DNA from: a virus
Lineage: Duplodnaviria > Caudoviricetes
Length of the DNA: 64,000 bases
Virus record (IMG/VR): IMGVR_UViG_3300014205_000175
Coordinates: 1-64,000 of that record
Strand: one strand, 5' to 3'
Position 1 is the first letter of the stretch. Each line of letters starts with the position of its first letter. Positions 37,526 through 46,955 of this stretch are shown in pieces. The notes below the pieces were generated by a model, which worked only from the letters and a program-made list of their open reading frames with translations, was not told the DNA's origin and ran no database searches. A program made the position numbers and the translations under genes.

Positions 37526-38937
37526 CTAATCGTATTGTTATCTACATCGACGGCTCCTCTCGTCCGAACCCTGGTAAATCAGGGTGGGGAGCTCACGGTT
37601 ATAAATACTGTAAACCTTCAGTTAACCCACGCCGGCTCGATGACTACTACATCACCAGCGTGGGTTACTTGGATAAGCAACAATACGCCAAGCACCAAGA
37701 ATGCGTTGAACCGACGGAATTCTATGATTTTTGTGTCTTCGAGGATCAGTGCGAGACCAACAATGCGGCTGAACTATTCGCTCTTTATCGCACGCTCGAT
37801 TATTTCAAAAGCCATGAGCTAGAGCAGATCACTATCTATACCGATAGCGAATATGTCAGAAAAGGGTTAACCGAATACACTACCGTATGGATTAAGAACA
37901 ATTGGCGACGCGCTGATGGTCGCGAGATTCTCCATAGCTCGATATGGAAAGAGATTCTAGCCCATAAAGCTGCCTATGAAGCACGCGGCATCGTCGTCAA
38001 CCTTGAATGGGTCAAAGGTCATGCAGGAACCTATGGAAATATTTTAGCAGATCGTTTGGCATCTATCGCAGCACTTAAAGGTTACAGCCAGTTAGAATAT
38101 AGTGATTATGGACTGAGTCCGGCAGCGGGCTATGGTAAGGCTACGGTAGAGCGTCACCCATTCATCTGCTTTAAGCGACTGTATTTTAGCAGCTCTAGCG
38201 AAATCAGTGATGTCGGTAGGTACTTTATCGCTGAGCCCGGTGATGACTCCGACATCGGGCGTCGGATGAGTGAAGCTACGTATTCAGTTATCGCCAGCCA
38301 GATCAGTGATCCGGTACTGGAAGCGATCAAAGAAAAACAGCGTAGCGTCTCACGCGATCTTACTCGTACTGTCATGGTAAGACTCGATCGTGCTTACGAT
38401 AAAGATATCTATCCATACATCAGCCGGTATGGTAGTGATTGTCTCATCTCAACGGGTGACTATCGTGCTAATCTTAATTTTATCGATAGTCGTAACGTCA
38501 CCTCTGAGATGGTGCCAGCGGGCTTGTCGCTGAAGGCGATGGAGACATTTGCATTACTAGAGACACTATTGTGTCAGTATAGCCAGCAACAACTCTCTAG
38601 TGAATATCAAACCATCGACATCACTGATAGGTTTTATGATGTCACCGGCAGCAAAAGAGCTCTAAAGCCGGAATTTATCGTTGGCTTCAAAGATTTATCG
38701 CTGGCAGTTGAAATTCAACACAATGGCCAGACGCGCAGCATCTCAGTACCCTTATCACTCGGTGGTGACTTACTACCACGTAACAATCTCAAACGTATTG
38801 AAACCATGCAGCCTCAGATCACACTGTTGATTTGGGAAGAATCTTACAATGTTTACCGGTACGCCTGCGCGATTCAGGTTGAAGATGCATTGGGTATCTG
38901 GTCTAACTATTATTCGAACCGCATTTTGTTGGTTTAA
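37522..38937 (+). CDS. rnhA: Ribonuclease HI with long C-terminal extension (phiKZ gp155-like)
   Basis: IYIDGSSRPNPG..GWG, TNNAAEL, IYTDSEYV, WVKGHAG..GN..AD.LA. Confidence 0.9.
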   Translation: MTNRIVIYIDGSSRPNPGKSGWGAHGYKYCKPSVNPRRLDDYYITSVGYLDKQQYAKHQECVEPTEFYDFCVFEDQCETNNAAELFALYRTLDYFKSHELEQITIYTDSEYVRKGLTEYTTVWIKNNWRRADGREILHSSIWKEILAHKAAYEARGIVVNLEWVKGHAGTYGNILADRLASIAALKGYSQLEYSDYGLSPAAGYGKATVERHPFICFKRLYFSSSSEISDVGRYFIAEPGDDSDIGRRMSEATYSVIASQISDPVLEAIKEKQRSVSRDLTRTVMVRLDRAYDKDIYPYISRYGSDCLISTGDYRANLNFIDSRNVTSEMVPAGLSLKAMETFALLETLLCQYSQQQLSSEYQTIDITDRFYDVTGSKRALKPEFIVGFKDLSLAVEIQHNGQTRSISVPLSLGGDLLPRNNLKRIETMQPQITLLIWEESYNVYRYACAIQVEDALGIWSNYYSNRILLV

Positions 38938-39046
38938 ATACTTGATCGTGAGGTAGTGACGGCAGAGATCGATAATGGTCTCTATGGGGTTGTTCAACTT
39001 AACATGCAGTAGAATATCTGGCTGTATGTAGCTCTGGAGTGTCGCG

Positions 39047-39517
39047 ATGTCTAACATTTGGTTACGCCGAATGGTAGCACAAAAGTGTTCAACAATGTCT
39101 TGGCCACGCGCGAGGTGGCATCGGTTCTTATCCGATTTTCTTCCTACGCGAATCAAAAGACTGGTGTTTATCTCTTCAGTTTACGGTTACCTGAAAAACG
39201 ATGAGGTGGTGAGCGATGAGGTTCTGAAAAAACTAAATGTCGTATTGAGTCTGTCCAAAGATGATCAAGCCATCAAATTGCCACTGGTGATTAAAGACAT
39301 CGTATGGAAAGATTTGAGCCAGTCCTATTTTCTTGATAGTGTGCCGGTGGGGTATGAAGTCATGCAATCGCGTGAATACATCGGTGCTCTGATTAAAAGA
39401 AATCGTCTTGATGAGGCTATCACTACGCTGATAGATTGCGCGCCATGTTGGACTCTTTACGGGAGTAAAACCGATATTAGTTTTGATCTCAAAGTACTTA
39501 TCAGAAATTTCGCGTGA
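39047..39517 (+). CDS. Hypothetical protein
   Basis: GGAG RBS, 156 aa, followed by a hairpin. Confidence 0.65.
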   Translation: MSNIWLRRMVAQKCSTMSWPRARWHRFLSDFLPTRIKRLVFISSVYGYLKNDEVVSDEVLKKLNVVLSLSKDDQAIKLPLVIKDIVWKDLSQSYFLDSVPVGYEVMQSREYIGALIKRNRLDEAITTLIDCAPCWTLYGSKTDISFDLKVLIRNFA

Positions 39518-39520
39518 CTT

Positions 39521-39562
39521 GAGTCCTTCCCTGCCGTCCGTAGTGGAGGCAGGGAAGGACTC
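39521..39562. terminator. Hairpin between convergent genes
   Basis: GAGTCCTTCCCTGCC(G)TCC-GTAGT-GGAGGCAGGGAAGGACTC. Confidence 0.7.
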
Positions 39563-39570
39563 TGTATGGA

Positions 39571-40410
39571 CTAGGCTTTGACAATATGTTCGAGCAGATC
39601 ATTGTAACACTTCAGAAACACTGTCGTGTCATAATAGAGCATGCTCACCAGTTCAACATAACGCGCCGTTTCATACAACCCGGCACTAACTGTCTTGGCT
39701 ACAGCTGGCGTGATCGCTTTGACATCGGTGTCATTAAGCTGAGCTACTAGCATCGTCACGAGATCAGTGGTTTCTTGCGTCTGAGATTTAATCTCATTCA
39801 GTCGGTAACGAGCGATTGATTTACCGATAGTCGCAACATGTTCACGCATCGTATTGATGTCAGCAAAGCGATATAGAACATTACGAATTGCCTGTTTAGC
39901 TACCCCATTTTCCTCTGGGAAAAATAGCTGCAGATCACGCAAAATAGTTTCACGCTCTTGACCAGCTTCATGATACATGCGACTGACATCTTTGGTCGAG
40001 GTGTGTTGCTCGCGATTGGTTACGAGCACTGAGAGATAGCTATTGATATGTGCTAGCAATAGCACGATGCGATCATGCGCGATATTGAGCGAACGAGCTA
40101 GCGAAACTGCATAGTCGAGATAATGTCCAGAAAAATTCTCCGGTACACTGACGAGCGCTTCACCGTAGATGAGAAAATCTAGATGCTGTGCCTTGTAGTG
40201 AGCGCGCGGGGTAAATTTAAAAATTTCATTACAGTGCGAGGGTTGCTGCGTGTCGCCGAACAGATTTTTCAGACTGCCGAGCTCAGCGATAAAACTCGGT
40301 AGCGACTGACTGAGCATTTTTTTCATATCAGCCAAAAAACCGGCTTCTAGGGCAATACGTTCAACGTGACGTAGGGTGCTACGATTGGCAGCCAGTAAAG
40401 AGGGATGCAT
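39571..40410 (-). CDS. Probable internal head protein
   Basis: Start MHPSLL after AGGAG. N-terminal IALE-A fits the S/A/G-x-E protease motif. ATCTTTTGA upstream. Confidence 0.6.
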   Translation of the reverse strand: MHPSLLAANRSTLRHVERIALEAGFLADMKKMLSQSLPSFIAELGSLKNLFGDTQQPSHCNEIFKFTPRAHYKAQHLDFLIYGEALVSVPENFSGHYLDYAVSLARSLNIAHDRIVLLLAHINSYLSVLVTNREQHTSTKDVSRMYHEAGQERETILRDLQLFFPEENGVAKQAIRNVLYRFADINTMREHVATIGKSIARYRLNEIKSQTQETTDLVTMLVAQLNDTDVKAITPAVAKTVSAGLYETARYVELVSMLYYDTTVFLKCYNDLLEHIVKA

Positions 40411-40492
40411 GAGGGGTCTCCTGAAAATTACGCACTCAAAAGATATGCCTAACACTACTGCGCTGGGATCGGAATAGAAATGGTTATGATGA

Positions 40493-40504
40493 CATATATA
40501 ATAC
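40493..40504 (+). promoter_or_regulatory. Candidate early promoter CATATATAATAC
   Basis: Exact copy of the repeated 12-mer. Confidence 0.65.
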
Positions 40505-40537
40505 ATGAAGTACCACCATATCCTTTTGGAGACCGTG

Positions 40538-40867
40538 ATGATCAATAAAAATTGCATGCGTATCGTATTCGACAGTGAAAGACTGCATCTGTTGCGAGCT
40601 GAAGTTGTGGGATGTTTTTTCAAATATCTGAATCTCCCTATGGATGTTATCGTATTCGGCTATGTTGATAACTCTTATGAGCGCATCGAGCTAGGTACAA
40701 TTAGTGATGTAGGGATGCAGATCCGCATCGCTTCAATCGATGATGCTCGCTGCGAGCTCCTTGTAACTAGTAACGAAGAGCTTTATTGTTTCGTACGCCT
40801 ACTGCGTAAACATACTGGCGCATGGATCGATGCTCTAGATGAATTCACGCTATCACACCGGGCGTAA
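40538..40867 (+). CDS. Hypothetical protein
   Basis: GGAG RBS. Lies between the promoter motif and a terminator. Confidence 0.6.
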   Translation: MINKNCMRIVFDSERLHLLRAEVVGCFFKYLNLPMDVIVFGYVDNSYERIELGTISDVGMQIRIASIDDARCELLVTSNEELYCFVRLLRKHTGAWIDALDEFTLSHRA

Positions 40868-40878
40868 ATTGCCATAAC

Positions 40879-40912
40879 AGACCCTGTCATACTAAAAAAC
40901 GGGGTCTTTTTT
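40879..40912 (+). terminator. Rho-independent terminator
   Basis: AGACCCTGT...ACGGGGTCT followed by a T-run. Confidence 0.65.
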
Positions 40913-40966
40913 TCCAGACATGCATCATGTTCTGGCTAAAAGTAACAACATCCAAGGGAGTTTTTA

Positions 40967-42403
40967 ATGTTGCGCCCAGAATTCAAAGAATCACAGAACG
41001 TTAAGATCATGGTCAACATCGGGGCATTGCTCGATATCCCGACTGGTTATTATCTGAAAGGTCGCCACGGCGAGTCTATTCTCAATGGCGGTCTAGGTAT
41101 GCTCACCGGCGTGACGGGACTCGGTAATAACTTCAAATCTACGCTCATGCATTACATGATGCTCTCGGCAGCAGCGAAGGTCACTGAAGTCACCGACACC
41201 TACATGAATACCTACGACACCGAGATCAACATTCACGAAAACCGCCTGTTGGCTTTTTCGAAAACTTTCGATGTTTTCAAAGAACGTAACATCATCGCCG
41301 AACATATGTGGTCGATTACTGATAAGGCGGTGTATTACGGCAATGAATGGTACGAGGTACTGAAGTCCTATCTCAAGGAGAAAAAGAAAGCTGGTGAGAA
41401 GCTAGAACGGGAAACGCCATTCTTGATGCGAGATGGGAAAGCGCTTTTACGCACTACGGTGCCTACGTTCGGCGAGATCGATAGTTTTACGGAGTTTGAC
41501 ACGGAAGACATTGCACGTATTCAAGACGAGAATGAACTCGGTGATTCGGGCGGCAACACTATTCACATGCGTCAAGGGCTAGCTAAGCTACGCATGCTAA
41601 TGGAGCTACCGACACTATGTGGTGCGGTTAATCACTTCATGCTACTCTCGGCGCACTTCGGTAAAGATCTCGCGATTCAAGCCGGTCCATATGCGGCCCC
41701 GCCGTCGAAAAAACTCCAGCACCTTAAAGTCGGTGATAAAATCAAAGGGGTTACGGATAAGTTTCACTTTCTCACCAACAACTTCTGGCAGGTGTATAAC
41801 GCTTCGCCGCTACTGAACGACACGAGCAAAGGTCCGGAGTATCCGGTTAATTCCGGTGACCCGCAGCCAGGCAACATGGATCTGAACGTTGTCACAGTGA
41901 AGCTCTTACGCAGTAAATCCGGCCCGTCGGGCGCGACTTTCGAAATCGTCGTCTCGCAGTCCGAAGGAGTGCTGCCGAGCCTCACTGAGTTTCACTACAT
42001 CAAGTCGCAGAAGCGTTATGGTTTGGAGGGCAGTTTGCAAAACTTCCATCTCGACCTCTATCCTGATGCTAATCTCACGCGACCGACGATACGCTCAAAG
42101 ATCAAAGCTGACCGTAGACTACAGCGAGCACTGAACATCACTGCTGAGCTCTGCCAAATCACCAACGTGTGGCGTCATCTGGAATCCGATATTGTATGTA
42201 CGCCCAAAGAGCTTTATGAGGACTTGAAGAAACTCGGCTACGACTGGGATATATTGTTGACTACGCGAGGGTATTGGACGTTTGATAACGATAAACACCC
42301 GGTGCCGTATCTGTCGACAATGGACATGCTTAACATGCGGATCGGTAAGTATTTCCCGTACTGGATGAACGAAGACAAAACCATCAAACCCGGTTATTTC
42401 TAA
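40967..42403 (+). CDS. uvsX: UvsX/RecA-like recombinase (phiKZ gp152-like)
   Basis: NIGALLDIPTG, Walker A variant G.GNNFKST, YDTE, EIDSF, RSKSGPSG. Confidence 0.8.
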   Translation: MLRPEFKESQNVKIMVNIGALLDIPTGYYLKGRHGESILNGGLGMLTGVTGLGNNFKSTLMHYMMLSAAAKVTEVTDTYMNTYDTEINIHENRLLAFSKTFDVFKERNIIAEHMWSITDKAVYYGNEWYEVLKSYLKEKKKAGEKLERETPFLMRDGKALLRTTVPTFGEIDSFTEFDTEDIARIQDENELGDSGGNTIHMRQGLAKLRMLMELPTLCGAVNHFMLLSAHFGKDLAIQAGPYAAPPSKKLQHLKVGDKIKGVTDKFHFLTNNFWQVYNASPLLNDTSKGPEYPVNSGDPQPGNMDLNVVTVKLLRSKSGPSGATFEIVVSQSEGVLPSLTEFHYIKSQKRYGLEGSLQNFHLDLYPDANLTRPTIRSKIKADRRLQRALNITAELCQITNVWRHLESDIVCTPKELYEDLKKLGYDWDILLTTRGYWTFDNDKHPVPYLSTMDMLNMRIGKYFPYWMNEDKTIKPGYF

Positions 42404-42411
42404 CCACCCAG

Positions 42412-42450
42412 GACAGCCTTCTCCCTACCCGGAGGCTGTCTCTTTTTTTT
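42412..42450 (+). terminator. Rho-independent terminator
   Basis: GACAGCCTTC...GGAGGCTGTC followed by a T-run. Confidence 0.7.
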
Positions 42451-42464
42451 GAGGCTTTTTAAAA

Positions 42465-42821
42465 ATGACGACTACCGCTCAACCTGAATACATTAGCCAA
42501 TATCTGGCACCGTTGCAAGAGAACGAAATCGACCTGGTAGCTAAAGTGCGTGAGATCTTGCACTCTCATGGCCTGCATGCACAAGTGACTGCAGCTTATG
42601 ATAACCATCACCACATTCGCGAAGCCCAAGGTAAAAACGAGATTGTGCAGCGCTACTGGCTGAATCGTTACTGGAATCTACAGCTACTATCGTGCTCGCA
42701 GCCCTCGATGGAACAACGCTACTGTCTGATCCCGAACGGCAGCACTGCTGATTGGGTACGTCTGTTCAAAGCCAGCATTGCTCCGTTTTGCATGACGCAC
42801 AGTCTGCCGCGGGTGTTGTAA
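42465..42821 (+). CDS. Hypothetical protein
   Basis: 118 aa, with a TAATG overlap into the next gene. Confidence 0.7.
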   Translation: MTTTAQPEYISQYLAPLQENEIDLVAKVREILHSHGLHAQVTAAYDNHHHIREAQGKNEIVQRYWLNRYWNLQLLSCSQPSMEQRYCLIPNGSTADWVRLFKASIAPFCMTHSLPRVL

Positions 42822-43489
42822 TGGCAGGGAATCGCAAACAGGCGCAAGCGTATATACTCAAGTATATCGATCGACTAGCGCCAGGTGGACATAATCTCAA
42901 GCTCTATCAGGATTTGTTCGCGGCCATGAACGATGCCGAGTTCGATCGCTATATGCAAGATCTCAAGAGCGGACGCAAGTTCTTGAGTATTGTGGCGCCT
43001 AACTTCGGGACGACGAAGATCTCGGTGCAAAACAACCTCGCGATCGCCGACGAGATCGGGCATGATTTTTTCCAGCGGCTGTGGATTGGTCCGACCGACA
43101 AACAACCCGCGTATCTGACGCCGGTCAAATATCTCGTCATCGATCTGCCGCTACGACGTCAGTCCCAGCATTTGATCAAAAAGCGCAGCATCCCGGATAA
43201 TAACCGCGTCGTCGATCAGCTCACTGCCCAACCTACCGGTCCTTCCAAAGGAGCTAAGATCTCGTACCCGGAACTACAGATCTTGGCGGCTATGAACATG
43301 GATGAGTCTTTAACTGAGATGATCAAATTCCGCGGTGGTGATAAAGGCGGGTATAATGCAATGAATGCGATGATGCTACGCTACGGTACGGCAAGTCTCA
43401 AAACCCTTAACCAATATGCTACCGGTGTAGAGTCCACGAAGACCTTGAAAGTTTTCCTCACGGCAGCCCATCTACAGAACAACCTGTGA
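42821..43489 (+). CDS. rpoB: Virion RNA polymerase beta C-terminal subunit (phiKZ gp149-like)
   Basis: Start MAGNRK. LP.RRQ.Q...KK.S, D.LT.QPTG.SKG.KIS.PE.Q.L and E..K.RGGD correspond to the RpoB C-terminus. Confidence 0.85.
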   Translation: MAGNRKQAQAYILKYIDRLAPGGHNLKLYQDLFAAMNDAEFDRYMQDLKSGRKFLSIVAPNFGTTKISVQNNLAIADEIGHDFFQRLWIGPTDKQPAYLTPVKYLVIDLPLRRQSQHLIKKRSIPDNNRVVDQLTAQPTGPSKGAKISYPELQILAAMNMDESLTEMIKFRGGDKGGYNAMNAMMLRYGTASLKTLNQYATGVESTKTLKVFLTAAHLQNNL

Positions 43490-44217
43490 CAATGGACATA
43501 GATTACTCGGCACTATACATCGAACTTGACTGCCTGCTCGATACACGCATCTCGACACTGTTGTTAAGCTTCGGTCCTGAGGCAGTAAAAACCACACTAG
43601 CGCAAGGCTATCATACCCGTTGGGTTGATAAGTTTCCTAATATCAGTTACGATGATTTTCAAGCTGCTTACGCACAACGCGATAAACGCACCATACAGCA
43701 AGCGATCAAGACGCCTTTGACCAAGCTCATTCAGGAGTTTGTTTTAGGTACCAATGCCAACACTGCCAATACACCGTTTCACCATAACCCTAAGATCATT
43801 ATCAATATCCATCCCTATAAACTTACTCAAAATGAGATTCGAGTAGTGCGTGACGTGGTGGTGGCGCTAACCAAAGGTCAAGCTGACATTGAGATGGTGT
43901 CATTGAGTCTGGAAGAGATCACCCCGCGTTACGTCAATAATGAAATCTCACTGCTGGTAATGTACGATTACCATCTGTGGCTCGAAACACATAGTGCCAA
44001 TGATAATTTCAAAAAAGCCGCTTGTCCGCAGATCGGTTTATTTGCTCCGATGATGTTCAAAAAATATCCGGTTACTACCGAAGATAAAAAAATCATCCAA
44101 TCGCTCGACACACCCGTGTTTGATCATATCGCTCGCACTATCAGCCCATTCATCAGGGCTGTATTTTTGCCTGCTGAGAATTTCAGTCTGGCTGTCAATC
44201 CGTACAAGAAACCCTGA
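43486..44217 (+). CDS. Hypothetical protein of a phiKZ-like family
   Basis: LYIELDCLLDTR, IN.HPY.L, MYDY..WL. Confidence 0.75.
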   Translation: MTMDIDYSALYIELDCLLDTRISTLLLSFGPEAVKTTLAQGYHTRWVDKFPNISYDDFQAAYAQRDKRTIQQAIKTPLTKLIQEFVLGTNANTANTPFHHNPKIIINIHPYKLTQNEIRVVRDVVVALTKGQADIEMVSLSLEEITPRYVNNEISLLVMYDYHLWLETHSANDNFKKAACPQIGLFAPMMFKKYPVTTEDKKIIQSLDTPVFDHIARTISPFIRAVFLPAENFSLAVNPYKKP

Positions 44218-44246
44218 CACCGGAATACACCGGTGTCAGGATTCTG

Positions 44247-44627
44247 TCAGCCCATTCTGTTCATGAATTCTTCATAGGAGCCAGTTTCAACGCCGATATC
44301 GGTCTCCCCTTCGACAGGATTATCGCGTGCGATTGTGGTGTCGATGCGCGGTGTAGTACCCGGCACAGCTGGATTGGTCGATATGCGCAGCATCACGTTA
44401 GCGACCATGTCCTGCATCGCCGCTTGGTTCTTGTTAGCGGTCTCATCTAGCTTCAACCGTGCTTTACCAAGAATCGTGCGATCCATACCGTCCATCGCTT
44501 TAACTAAAAATTCTCTATCTTCTTTATCCCCTGGAATACGACCATTTTGGAAGAGTTGATCGACGATTTGTTCTCGCACCATCAACGTTTTATTGAGCAT
44601 CCTTTGTTCATCAGGATCGAGCGCCAT
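44247..44627 (-). CDS. Hypothetical protein
   Basis: 126 aa with RBS-like GGAG. Ends at the hairpin 44213-44240. Confidence 0.7.
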   Translation of the reverse strand: MALDPDEQRMLNKTLMVREQIVDQLFQNGRIPGDKEDREFLVKAMDGMDRTILGKARLKLDETANKNQAAMQDMVANVMLRISTNPAVPGTTPRIDTTIARDNPVEGETDIGVETGSYEEFMNRMG

Positions 44628-44667
44628 CTTGAAAAATCTCCGGTTGTGTTTGAAAAAGTCTTAATCT

Positions 44668-44679
44668 CATATATAGTAC
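44668..44679 (+). promoter_or_regulatory. Candidate early promoter CATATATAGTAC
   Basis: One mismatch to the 12-mer. Followed by GTGG as at 10653. Confidence 0.6.
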
Positions 44680-44705
44680 GTGGTCACATCGCTGTGAGGT
44701 TTTAT

Positions 44706-45182
44706 ATGTTTGGGTGGTTTAAAAAATCAAAACCTGTTCCAGATCCATGGGATGTAGCTATTCGCGATCTCGATAGTATGGACATGTTTGTTTTTCTCGG
44801 TGTCTATCGTTCGATCTATAGTGTAGAAACCTTGTCGGTAGTCTACCCGACTATTGTTGAATACACTCAGGCGTTGAAAAAGATTAATCACTATTTTGCC
44901 AGTGAACGCGTACTACCTGCATCAGAATACGTTCTAGAGCCTACTATAGCCGCTGTAAGCGATTTTTTCACTGACGGTCATGGTAACTATATCCAACCCA
45001 GAAAAGCAGCAGAGGAGTGGTCTAATCAAGTCAAGGAGTTTATCTCTCATATTCGGAAAGTGAATGATTCTTCCATCCACATTCGCAATAAGAACGTTAC
45101 GAGCCGTCTGGCCGGTAACATTATCAACACCATCTCTTCATTGAATAACCTTGCTAACATCACGGATAATTTTATTGTGTGA
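44706..45182 (+). CDS. Hypothetical protein
   Basis: GAGGT precedes MFGWFKK. Confidence 0.7.
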   Translation: MFGWFKKSKPVPDPWDVAIRDLDSMDMFVFLGVYRSIYSVETLSVVYPTIVEYTQALKKINHYFASERVLPASEYVLEPTIAAVSDFFTDGHGNYIQPRKAAEEWSNQVKEFISHIRKVNDSSIHIRNKNVTSRLAGNIINTISSLNNLANITDNFIV

Positions 45183-45223
45183 GGTGTATCCGATGACGAG
45201 GTGATATTAGAAAAGGACTTGTC

Positions 45224-45592
45224 ATGTCTAAAGACACACGACCGTTCGACGATATCATCACGACAGGCACTAGCGATAGTGTGCTAGCTTCCCTTTATCG
45301 ATCGATTTTGCATGACCTACAGATTAAACTGTATCGTTTCGATCAACTACTGGTGAACTACGTAGCTGTCATGCACCGGTCAGCTACCAACATTAAAGAC
45401 CGCACTTCGGTGAAGTCTAATCTCTACAAGGAGTTGCTGAAAAGTAAAATCACCTTCAAAGTGTTCATGAAAGGCTTGCGTGTTTTGAATATCAAGAAAT
45501 TCGATCTGGTAGTACGCCTGCACCACGCCAATGGCACTATTACTACCCATGAAAAAAGCGTTGTGTTAGAAGAAGACGATACGGAGGTATAG
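45224..45592 (+). CDS. Hypothetical protein
   Basis: AAGGA RBS, NL..EL....ITFKVF.KGL..L. Confidence 0.7.
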   Translation: MSKDTRPFDDIITTGTSDSVLASLYRSILHDLQIKLYRFDQLLVNYVAVMHRSATNIKDRTSVKSNLYKELLKSKITFKVFMKGLRVLNIKKFDLVVRLHHANGTITTHEKSVVLEEDDTEV

Positions 45593-45593
45593 T

Positions 45594-46085
45594 TTGAATA
45601 CACGTGATATAATTCTTCGCTCCGATGTGCTAACGGTAGACGAGCTCAAGCGTCTATTGGAGATAGTCAAAAATGCTGTCAACAACCAAGCCGCAGTTTA
45701 CCTGCAGCCTGAGATCGAACAGCACATCAAAACGTTCCTGGGTGAGATCATTAGCAACACCTGTTTTTATCAGGTGGTGTTAGAGAAACCGATCATGGAA
45801 CTAGTTGAACGTATCGCTAGCGATCGAGACATTTGTGAATTTGTATTATCGATCACTACTCTCGTCAGTCAGTGGATGGCTAGCGAAGATTTTCAGCACG
45901 CTCGCGTTATCAAGACCATCGCCAACAGCCTTGAATACAGCCAGTCGAATTATGGTGAGCTTACGCTGTTGCCGCAACAGATTCAAGATTCTATCCGGTT
46001 GGAGTCTGGCTGGGTAGATAGCTTGTTAGAACAAAACCTATGGTTAGTCGTTTTGTATTTGTACAATCTTGCCTCTAAGGAATAA
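45594..46085 (+). CDS. Hypothetical protein
   Basis: GGAGG RBS, TTG start, in line with the operon. Confidence 0.65.
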   Translation: MNTRDIILRSDVLTVDELKRLLEIVKNAVNNQAAVYLQPEIEQHIKTFLGEIISNTCFYQVVLEKPIMELVERIASDRDICEFVLSITTLVSQWMASEDFQHARVIKTIANSLEYSQSNYGELTLLPQQIQDSIRLESGWVDSLLEQNLWLVVLYLYNLASKE

Positions 46086-46090
46086 TCACT

Positions 46091-46864
46091 ATGAACTTCA
46101 CGCCGAAGCCCGAAACCCTGCTGTCGAAAAAACTCGCCGGTATCCGCAACAGTGTCCGTAGCACGGGGCGCTCTGATCGCAACCAAGATCGCTCCTATCG
46201 CGATCCGAAACCTTCGCCGATGTCCTGGATTCAAGACGGTATCGACCATATCAACATCTGGGAATATGGTGCAACCGAAATTGGTAAAGTGCTAGCACAT
46301 AACACTACGCTGCCTTTCCACCATCACATCTTCGGCAATTTTAACTGCATGGAAGCGTTCTGGCACTACATCTCCAGTGTCGAACACGATGACCGCATCC
46401 GCACCATGCGCGGGCGTTCACTCTATGAATTCTCGAAGAAGCTCACGAAGCTACAGGTGCCGAACTTTTGCGCGATCATCATCGACGCTAACTGGCAAAA
46501 GATCAAACGCTATCCTGAAATTCAGGAAGCTCTGATCGAGAGCACGCTGCCCTTTGACTGCTACTATACGCAGCGCAAGGCAGCCGGTATTCGTATCCGT
46601 ACGCCTTACGCATCGTGGTTGATTGATGGCTTCGAAGAGATCCGTCGTGCACTCAAAGAAGAGCGCGAACCGAATCTCACGAAGTTCCGCGATCCTAGCA
46701 ACGTAACGGAAGACATCTATGCGCAGCTGATGACTCTCATTACTAGCCATCAGACACGAGAGATTCATAAACCCGTGGAAGTAGTCGAGTCTTCCAAGGT
46801 CAGCGCTTTGCTGCGACAAAACAACGAAGAGCAAGTTGTCAACGAAACTTGTGTGGTTGAGTAA
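46091..46864 (+). CDS. Hypothetical protein, possibly NADAR / T4 gp30.3-like
   Basis: DGIDHINI....TEIGK.L....PF.H...G.F..MEAFWHY. Confidence 0.5.
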   Translation: MNFTPKPETLLSKKLAGIRNSVRSTGRSDRNQDRSYRDPKPSPMSWIQDGIDHINIWEYGATEIGKVLAHNTTLPFHHHIFGNFNCMEAFWHYISSVEHDDRIRTMRGRSLYEFSKKLTKLQVPNFCAIIIDANWQKIKRYPEIQEALIESTLPFDCYYTQRKAAGIRIRTPYASWLIDGFEEIRRALKEEREPNLTKFRDPSNVTEDIYAQLMTLITSHQTREIHKPVEVVESSKVSALLRQNNEEQVVNETCVVE

Positions 46865-46884
46865 TTTACTCCGGGTGCGAAAGG

Positions 46885-46921
46885 ACTACCTTCCCTAAAT
46901 GGGGAAGGTAGTTTTTTTTTT
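46885..46921 (+). terminator. Rho-independent terminator
   Basis: ACTACCTTCCCT-AAAT-GGGGAAGGTAGT followed by a T-run. Confidence 0.85.
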
Positions 46922-46955
46922 CGTTGCATCCAGTGGATAATTAGGAGCTCTCAAT

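Noticed and set aside
39571-40623. 350-aa version of the head protein ORF
   Set aside because: The extension overlaps a promoter motif and an opposite-strand gene. The RBS supports a start at 40410.
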